Source: Ruditapes philippinarum (taxonomy: Eukaryota). Taken from it: 64,000 bases of DNA. Below, piece by piece: positions 39,204-49,600 of this stretch. The notes under the pieces were generated by a model. That model did not search any database. It was not told the DNA's origin and saw only the letters and a program-made list of their open reading frames with translations. The position numbers and the translations under genes were made by a program. The DNA lies in assembly GCF_026571515.1 (NCBI RefSeq), contig NW_026860568.1, positions 62,001 to 126,000 of the forward strand, in the 5' to 3' direction. How positions within the stretch are numbered: position 1 is the stretch's first letter; every line of letters begins with the position of its first letter.

Positions 39204-40194
39204 ATTTAGTATTAGAAATCTTCATGAAATATTTTAAGTAATGAAGAACTAAGACAAAATACGCACATGTACTTATCTTTAGTAAATCATTTTGAAAATG
39301 TACTTTCCTACGCTGTATAAATACACAAACAATAAGCTATGGTTTGTAAGGAAGAAGTATTAAACCAGTTCTTAAATAAACAATGAAATATCGTTTAAAA
39401 TCAATTGAGTTAAAAATTTGTATTGTCTTCGAACAATTTGCTATCATATCTATAATCTTCATTTTTGTATTTGACCGAGTATTGATATTTTGTGACAATA
39501 AAGTAAGTAGTAAATATTTTTGTTTGGATTTAAAGTCACGTCGACATTGTAGCCTAACTGTTTGAAAAGTCCTTAGCTACCCCGCTGTGCATTATTTCAA
39601 AGACACAAGTTAAATAATGTCTAAAAGGGATCTACACTGAAAGTGTTTAAGTTATTAAAAACGATATTATTTGAATTGAGTATATTATATTTACGTTTTT
39701 ATTTCATTTACTTTAGATTTTGTAAGTGAACAGTATTATAATATCAGTACGTTTTGTATCAGAATGTTGGACACGGGTATAAACATTGCATTTATTTAAT
39801 TATCCGACATCTTCAATTTACATGAGAATAGAAACCAACAAGCAAAGCAGCGAACAAAAGAAGAGAAAATTCTAATTTCAAACAGCCGGATAACAAAAAA
39901 AAAACATTCCACAACCCATGGTTCATGTATTTATTTTATTGACGCGATGTGAAAGTACTGTTGGTTATGCATTACAATATTGTAAAATCAAAACACAAAT
40001 TGATGTTTCAACGCAATGTCAATTTGAAAATGTATCTACATTGTCTATAATTATTGTTAGAAATAGTCAACATAAAAAAAGTTTGTAAAACTATCAGGTT
40101 CAGTCCGCCATCACATTTGGCTAAGTAAAAGTTCGATACAATAACATATATGCAATTTTGATAAAGCATCTTGTAGTTTTGTTTGTATTTGGTT

Positions 40195-43100
40195 CTATTC
40201 TTGATCTTCTGAAGGTTCTACTCGAAACGTTTTGTTTTCGATCAAGAAGGTTGCCAGCTCTGAAAAAAAATTCAATATTAAAAATGAAATTTTCTGCATA
40301 ATGTATATAAAATTATTTATATGTTGTAGGTGTAAGAGTTCAAAACAATAAGTTTCCAAAATAAAAGGTGACAAGTGTTCAAAGAAAATCTGTAAGTGTC
40401 TAAAGAAAAGAGGGAACTGTTTAAAGAGAAGCAGTAAGTGTTCAAAGGGAAGTAACAAAATGCTGTCGAATATTCAGTCTTTACCAAATGTAGTAAGTTA
40501 CTCATGTTAGGCCGTTTTGGTTTTATCTATGTTAGTATTTACGCAACAAGAAAATCAAGTGATTAAATGATGTTTAATCCTGTCATTTTTAACATATTCT
40601 AGCCAGTGTGTAGTAGTCCTGGGACTAATTTCCAGACTCCAAATAACAAAAGGTCCACATTACAGAACATTCAATGAGGCAAGAAAATTAAAAAAAGTAA
40701 ATCCAATCCAACGAAATAAAACTCACCAGTGCAACTTATATAACCGTCGTTGTCTCCAAAACTGTCTACAGCGTTAAATATTGCGTCGATAGTTTCATCA
40801 TCCAGATCTCCTGTGATATCGGACGATACATCATCCCTTCGCAATAAGATTTCCCTCAGTTCTTCTTTATCAATAGTTCCTGAAATAAGACATAACGTTT
40901 CACTAGAGTAGAACTACAAGTTGAGATCAGTAACATAGAATTATATATAATTAGTCATGAAAGAAAATAATACAATTTCAGACTTGACACGCTCTGGAGG
41001 AAGATAAGTCGGACATACATTAGAAGTTATTTAGAAATATTGATTACTTCGTCACATCTCTAAATTTCATTTCACTTTCATTTACTCGTGTGAATTGACT
41101 CGTATACTAGATGGTGTGCTTACATCGACTGAGTATTCAATTTTACATTATTAAACATGCATATTGATACATAAAACTAGTTTCACTCTACCAAGACAGG
41201 GATGTAGAACATAACGCCAAGAACACCAGAGTAAGGCTGGTAATATTAATTTTAAAAAATGAAAGGCCAATAAAGTTGTGCGCATATATGACCTGATCAG
41301 CCAGGGGAGAGATATATAGCTGCCGAACGTTTACATAATGTCGTACAATCTTTCAAACATGTTTATGCTGAACAATTACTGTCTTTGATTAAAAATCTAA
41401 TTTATCAAAATAAATTTGCAATTTTGAACAAGCTATGTACTTGTACCGGCCAATAATAACATGCCGTATTTTAAGTTTTATATATAAAAACTGCCTACGC
41501 TTTTATACATTGATTTAAAGAGAAGAAAGCATGCATTGCCAGACAAAATCACGAGAGCACGCTCCGGTGTTGCCCTTCAGGCTCGGGCTTTGAATATGTC
41601 CTCGTGCTTATGCAGGTATTAATGCACGAAAACAGCTGCATCATTCCTCTATGTTTATTACTATTTCACATAGAATGCGAATTAATGATCTAGTTTATAG
41701 TCACAATATTCACTTCTCTTTTTAATGCAATTTGTTCTACAAAATATGGTAAGCTAGTTCAGATATTAAGTATGATAATAGGGTTACGATAAAAAGATTT
41801 AAGATTGTTAATATATGAACGTTTCAGTTATAGAAAAATGCAAAGAAAGACATGTAAATTCACCATCTTCATTTCTGTCGAAAACTTTTAATGCTTCTGC
41901 TAAATCTTCCACTGTTGGATCTGCTATTGAATCATACAGACGTTTGAACTGCTCAAATGTTATCGTTCCGCCAGGACCTGTAATTGAGAGGTTCCTCAAT
42001 TTTCATACCTCTATATGTTTTGTATAGGTATATATCTATGTAATAAACTCTTTTTAACTCAATTTTTATCAAAAATATTGCCAAAGGTTCAAGACTGCAG
42101 CTGAATCTGTTGCGTAGCAACGTACAGAGAAAATATTTACGTCCTAAGACGTTCTTCTACAACATGGCTTCAGGTCTCATTAGAACATTTTTAAATAATT
42201 TTCGCTGATATCCTAATTATAAAACAATTGGTTCCCTTCTAATTACATCGTTTGAAATGAAATTACTTAGATTTCTTAGATGAACAATTATCAAAACTAA
42301 CCTAGTCCCTCGTTCTCAAAGAAAACAACGACTTCAGTTGGAAGCGGATTTTTCTCACATGTGCACAGAACATTATTTGCTTGCTTGGCCGTCAGTTCGT
42401 CTCCACCATTCTCATCATTAAAATGTTCCTGTAGCTCCTCTTCTGTCAATCCCTGTGTGGAAAAATAATTCAGTTATATCCCAGGGCTTGGGCGACTGAC
42501 TTTAAGAATGTGTTTAAAGCTGAATTAATTTACGCCGTTCAAACCGTGCATTTCATTACTAGTACGCATTGCTTTCCAGTGAGGTCTCTTCTCGGTAATT
42601 GCACTATTTTCAGTATTATTGATATTTATGACCTACGAGATAGCGGTAAAAATCTGATCTTTTTTTTCATTCCCATAGATGCAAGTTTAAATGCTCCATT
42701 TAAAACAGCGCAATCAGTAACGGGTTTTAAACAAGAGCTGTCCGTAAGACAGCGCGCTCGACTTTTTTATTGCTTGCCAATAAAAAAAGTTTTTGCAGTA
42801 AAAGGCAATACAAGAATCTCTGTATTTTTAAAGTGAACAATGGCCATGAGCATTAAGATATTTAGTGAAGAATTATTTTACTGAATTGTGTGATACCCTT
42901 GAACACTGCAGCCATAATTCAAATAAAATCTTTGACAGAATTACCTTCTCCTGGACATGTTTGGGAATCATGATTGTAAACAAGTATTCCAACTTTCAAA
43001 TTAATATCTCAAACAGTTCAGTCAAAAAGTGGACTGGTACTAAAAACTTAACCAAGATTGTAAGTCGATAAAAGGCCTTAATTTTTAAAACAAATCCTTG

Positions 43101-43574
43101 ACAGAGTTACCTTCTCTTGCGTACAGATGGGGGTAATGATGTGAAATAGCATTAAAAGTTTCAAAGCAATATCTCAAAGGGTTAAGGCAATAAGTGGATT
43201 TTTACCCATATTCAATGTATTTTCTAAGTCAAAAAGGGGCATAATTCTGTCAAAAACCTTGACAGAGTTATGTCCTCTTGTCTGTTGATGAAGGTCGTGA
43301 TGGTAAACAAGTATGGTCAGTTTCAAAGCAATACCTCCAATGGTTTTGAAATAAAGTGAGGTGGTACAAAAAACTTAACCAAGCTCAATACACTTTCTAA
43401 GTCAAAAAGGGCCATAATTCTGTCAAAAAACCTTGACAGAGTTATGTACTCTTGTCTGTAGATGGAGGTTATGATGGTGAACAAGTATGGTAAGTTTCAA
43501 AGCCATACTTGTAATACTTCTGAAATAAAGTGGGGTGGTACGAAAAACTTAACCAAGGTGTGACGCCAACGCCA

Positions 43575-43611
<37 letters not shown>

Positions 43612-44354
43612 GGCGAGTAGGATAGCTCCCCTTTTCATAGAAAAGTCGAGCTAAAAACTTTCTTCCCCACCGTTTTGCACTAAATTATTTGAAATGTAAA
43701 ATATATGTCGTTTCATAGTTTGATCTTTTTAAATTCTTTAAAATTAAACAGATATTTCTACGAATATAGTTAGCATAGAAAAGATACTCGTATTTGATAA
43801 GAGATATTAAAATTATTCCTGTCACAATTAAAATACTTCCTGAATTAAGAAAACGTTTATTAAAACAATGAATCGTATATTAAAAATGTAAGAAATACCA
43901 TGGTGTCAAATTCCAAAATCCCACAAATGGAGCACAGTTTTTCGTATCGAACAGTATACAGATATGATGTTTAATATTTAGACAGGTTTCTCTGTACGTT
44001 GTTAAGGTCTTTAGGGTATACAGTTAAATAACACGCACTTAAAATGCGATAGAATCATCAGAGCGAATTTATAAACTCCTTCATTCATTACACTCAATAT
44101 CACTGAATGGCATGAATACTGAAATTTAAAGAAAGATATAAAACGAGATTTACATCATTTCATTTAGACCTATAAGTCCTACATACAAGCAAAGTTTAAA
44201 TCACGTATTTTGTATTATTCGATTTTTTTTTAAAGATGGGGACTTAGTTTTACAAGTAAACAAAATACTCTTTGGATTGTATTTGAGACAATTAGAAATC
44301 TGTACGTTTCCCTCATTGAAATATTACTTTACTTGATTACTTTATCTTAACCAT
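40195..44354 (-). CDS. Calmodulin-like EF-hand protein 7 (161 aa), N-lobe degenerate, paralog of gene 5
   Basis: Exons 44352-44354 (ATG; alternative ATG|GT at 43899-43901), 42302-42452, 41864-41977, 40727-40879, 40195-40259 (486 nt): MGLTEEELQEHFNDENGGDELTAKQANNVLCTCEKNPLPTEVVVFFENEGLGPGGTITFEQFKRLYDSIADPTVEDLAEALKVFDRNEDGTIDKEELREILLRRDDVSSDITGDLDDETIDAIFNAVDSFGDNDGYISCTELATFLIENKTFRVEPSEDQE*. Confidence 0.85.
42729..43656 (-). mobile_element. Non-autonomous Helentron/HINE-type element with internal tandem repeats
   Basis: AACAAGA end with hairpin GCTGTCCGTAAGACAGC; subTIR GCTCGACT/AGTCGAGC; ~4 units of 163-172 bp; (GACGCC)n microsatellite; A-run insertion site. Confidence 0.8.
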
Positions 44355-46646
44355 GTCGTTGGTGATTGATATAACAGAAGTTTGAATATATATTAAATTG
44401 GAGAAAGAAAATTATTTATATTAATTATTCCGAAAGGCGCAAATTCAAGGTTGACACTAAAACAAAGCTTTAAGGGAGCCTATGATTTTTATTACTATTA
44501 TTATTTTCTTATAACTAAAAGGCACATGAGCACGGTCGTTGCTATAAATCCATATATTCCCCATTCATAGACATCCTTTAGCAGAAATGCCCAAAGTATG
44601 CGAACTGTTACAAATATGCATTATGTCGTTGACAATGTTAAAATTCATAAAATTGCGCATTGAAAGGTTATTATACATTGTCGAGTACAATACTGATTTC
44701 TATAAGACCTCTATAGGACGAGGTGCTAGACAATATAGGGATTTGATATGGACTTTTTGTACTCTGAAGATGGAAATGAGACTTAATGGAGTGCGATATG
44801 CATTTGATATAGATTGTTTGGCTCTGGAAATAAAAACGAGGCTATTATAATAACATTCAATATTGATTTATTTTGGAACATTACAAGATGCAAACATTGA
44901 TTGTTCATTGGTTATATTTTTATAAAATGTGAAATGAACTTGTATATTGATCGGTGTTAGAATGCGTTTGTACCGAGACAGACATGCAAATTCCATAGGA
45001 ACTACATGTAGACATGGCCGTGACCATGGAATAACATTTTCATTAACCACTTAAACATGATGGAGCAGGGATCTGCATAATTACACCAACTAAACTTTAG
45101 ACAAATTTAATTGTTTATTTTGCTGTTTACATTATTTACAAAAACTTTTAAACTCCAATAAAACATTACTTGAGGGGAAAGTCAATAAACGTAAATTAAC
45201 ATGTACCTATACCCTGAATAGTTAATTCTAAATATCTTATAGATGTAAGATGTATTAAAATAGTTGTAAATATAAATCGATGACAGGTAGAATTGATAGA
45301 TCAATACATCCACGAATTAGACTACGGAAAGTATAAAAGGTTCATAATGGACTGAAATTTTTAAATATATATTGTATACATTCACACGCTGTTAAATCCG
45401 ATATACAATTTATCTTTACAGTGATTTAGAATTGTTGGTAGCATGTGATATTTATTTTTATTTAAACATTTTAAATTTTCTACAGCAAAGTTCAGTGACG
45501 TAAAACAAACAAAAAGAAGACATTCAAACAGCAAAAAGTCATATATTTTTAGATATACCTTTCAAGATTTTGGTCTGTTGGTATTCCATTACAAATGCAC
45601 TGTGAGAGAGGATAGAAGATAAATCTAGTGAACATTGTTTCTGCTTGTTGATCTTTACTTTCATGTAATCTTTGTTTTTTTTTGTTGTAATCTTTAAAAC
45701 TATGTGCAATTGTCCATAAAATAATCACCATTTACTACATATTTGAAATATTTTATTCATACTTTTCCTACACAAATAAGTGACATTAAAGCTCTTCAAT
45801 AGAAAATCTTTCATCTAAATAATTTTTTAAAATTAAAAGGTTCACTTATTTCAAACCAAGATTACAAATCATACATGTGACATATTCACTTCACCTGAAA
45901 CACGAACAAATAAATAAATTGTATTAGGAAACGCACATTCGGAATGAAAACATTGTTTTAAAGGTATTTATATAAGTCCTCAATCAAGCGACACTTAAAT
46001 TATACTAGTCTCAAGTTATTATAAAAGGGCAGCAAAGTACAACAGCCTTAATTTCAATAAATTTTTTAACTTGGAATCTAAAGTCATTACCCTTTGCCAG
46101 GTTCTATACTGTTTGACTAACTAAATTTTCAGCTTCGTATCACCATAATAAGTTTATTGACAGTTCCATAAATGAAAGCTGGACAAATCCATTTAAGAAA
46201 ATAAGAAAGTAAGCAGTAAGAAACCTTAGCAACGTGTTTCCACTTTTAGTCGGCTTTGTTAACATCCATTACAAGTTAACTTATTTGCACAATGCTGGTG
46301 TTTCAAAAACTTTGAATTACTCATAATTCACTGCACTGCATTTACAAAATAAGTATTGGCAACAGACAATTCAAGCTTAGAGGTTAGGGCAAGTTTTCTT
46401 TTCCTAGCATGAATATATGATTGAAAATGTTTGAAAATAGCACATATTCTATTCTTTTAAAGGATAATTCAACAAAAATTTTCAACTTTGGAACATGTCC
46501 ATTTTATTATTACATAAAAGAATTTCTTTTGACAGTAATGTTCCATATTGGTACAACCAAAATGTAAAATCAGGTCTAAAAAGAATCTTAACAAGATCTT
46601 GTGAATCTCAAAATAATGTAAACTAAAACATATGAACAACAAATCA

Positions 46647-49600
46647 TCATGGAACATTATCTCTCTTCTTTAACTTGATGGTGAGAGATTTACGCCCAGT
46701 ACCGCTATCTGAACTTCCTTCCCCCTCCGACGAATATAATCCAAGATGGGAGAATGATGAAGGTCCAGCCTCATAATTTGAAATATCAAAATCAGGACTT
46801 AGAGAACTATGTTTCCTTTTTCTACTTTTTGATTCCTTCTCCCTATAGTCACCAAAATCACTGAACGGAGAATCTCCGCTAAACTGCGTCAGTTTTGGTC
46901 GTTTTGTAAATGTTAATTTGATTCCTTGTCCAGGTTCACCTATTGAGCTTTTCACAGCAACAGACATATCTCCATTCAGATCTTCCTCTGACTTCTCGGA
47001 ATTGAAAGAGTTATCGGACTTGTCATTATCTCCCTCTACATCTATCTCAGCATCGCTGTCACCTGCGGCACTTATCAGCTGACGTTGCTGAGCTATTTGT
47101 AACTGTTGACGACGATCAGCTTGACGATTCTCTAGCTCTCTTTTTTGTCTCACTGATCGCTGTTTAAAGTCAAGCTCTTTTTTCACCTGTAAATAAAAGG
47201 CATAATCTTCAGGTTCATTAACTGTGGCTTACACCAAATCTTTATTGCATAAATAAGAACATTATGTTTAAGAACCAATGATTTGTACAAGTGTGACATA
47301 TTCTGTGAGCTAGTTGGTAGAAGACAATAGATCAAAATTCATTTATCCTCTAATGCTACTTCCATTCATAAATGAATGTAAGTTACTAAGTGAGTTGGAA
47401 ATTATTTTCCGAAAAAAATATATCTGTTAAAGTATTAAATTCCACGGGCAATCCTAATGCAGATTTCAACAAGTATATAGCTGAAATATTGAATCAAAGA
47501 AATTCAAGTCAAAAACAATACAATAAAAACACTATGTACCATTAGTTAAAATAGACAAGCAATAAGTTTTTCAAAATGATAGCTCATTCAGCAAATGGGT
47601 AACCTTGAAAAACAACAATACATCTTCATGTTATACTGGTATGGTGTTTAAAGACCATTGATTTAATAAAAATACAGAATACATACTTTATGATAACTGT
47701 CCTTATGCCGTAATTTCTTTTCTTGCTCTTCCTGTTTAACTTGTTCTTCTAACTCTGCCAGTAATTCCTCCCCAGATTTCTGACTTTCTACATCTGTGAG
47801 GAACGTTTTTACTTCCCTTGTTGATGGTGTGAACACATCTCTCTTTAGTTCTAATATCTCAGGAATTTTCAATGTCAAACTATCACCAAAATATTCAATC
47901 ATTTCTATGTAAAATGTCACTGGGGATTTGTGAAACATAGACATAAATGAACTACTTCCCAAATGTCCTTGACTTTTGACCTTGACAGGTTGAAGAACAC
48001 TTGCACTGTCATGAACTGTCTTAGTTTTATTCGGTAAATGCTGGTCTTTAAATTGTTTGATGTATTTTCGTAGAATGTGTTCAACACTCAGCTGCATATG
48101 AAACAGAATGTAAAAATAATATCAACATTCAATATATGTTTTGATTAAAACAATTTGACTTATTTAATTAGGATTATACAATTACTTTCAGTACAATAAC
48201 ACATAGAACATTAGAAATATGCACATAGGAAAAGGATGCTGTTTTTCCAGTCTATAGACAGACAATAGGAAAGTCTGACAGGGGCAAACCACCCCTACTC
48301 CTCCCAATCATTCTATATCATATGTATTTCCTACGGAAATGCAACACATTAAAAATATTAGCAATATTTACTGCAATTTCATTTTATATTTTGATAGTTG
48401 GAAGGAAAATTGCTAAATGATAGTTGGAAGTAAAATTGCTAAAACACAATGAGCAGGAATGATAATATACAATAGTATAACAAGATATTGCTGTTAAGGA
48501 GTGTTTATTGGTGTTAAGGTTTACAAAGTAAGCAATTGATAGTGTGAATGAAGCAGTTTTTCACTGCAACATGCAGATTAAATTTACTAATACTGTAAAA
48601 AAAACTTCCTTACTAACCAGAAGAGCACCATATACCATGGAAGCACTGTGTTGTAGTTGTGAAGTCTGGGGACTTGATTTGTTCAGTCCAGACATTAGAA
48701 ACGGCCAATATATGCCTAGATGGGGTAATACTACTCTCTCAATGTTCTAAAAATAAATGTTAACAGTATGTTATGGCTGCTTTTAAAGGTTAAGTTAAAA
48801 TATCTGTAATAATACAAGTTTGAACATACATGTAATTATCAACCAGAGCTATTTTAAGTGAATAAAATTACTAAAAATTACATCTAAATAGATCGGTCTG
48901 TCTTTAAAATTAATATTAAACTACAACCGGATATCAAAGAAAGCTATTTTCCTTTTTATATTATTATTGTTGCACAAGTCTAAGAATATTTAAGAAATAA
49001 AGATGTAAAGTACAAATGAACATAAAATTCTTTGTGACTTTAATAATGAAACATTTCATTTGATAAATGTAAATTTGACCTTCATAATTAAGATCACTGA
49101 CCTCTGATCCAAGGTAGAGTAATCCCATGATAGCTCCATAATGTGCTGTATATGGTTTATTATGATCATATAATGTTTCTCGTAATGTTTTCTCTGTAAA
49201 TCTCTCCAGGTGGTTCACAGAATTACCCCAGATACTGAAACATATGGTAAAACAATAACCATTATCAAACTTGAGTTTTATTCTGGTATTTTTTACTTAA
49301 ATAGTAAAATTAATGTGTTTCCAAAGAAAATCTCCAAAAAGTTATTCACAGAAACCCTCATATCATAGAATAAGCTTATAGAGGAGCATAATTCTTTTTA
49401 TATTATAAATAGGGTTTTAAGTTGCACCAACACTGTCAAGGTCATATTGCAACTTTCCAACTTTACTGATGAAAGACCCGTCTTTGAATTATTTCAGGTA
49501 CAAATTGGTACCTGAGTGAAACCAAAGACATTCCCATAAGCTAGCTGACGTAAACAAAAATCAAAATAAAAGGTTTCAGGGGCAAGTGGTTTGAAGACAA

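Noticed and set aside
32824-44354. N-myristoylation (NCS/recoverin-like) of the MG-starting genes 5 and 7
   Set aside because: MGDLRE and MGLTEE lack the favoured Ser/Thr at position 6 and are acidic; exon layout is CaM-type.
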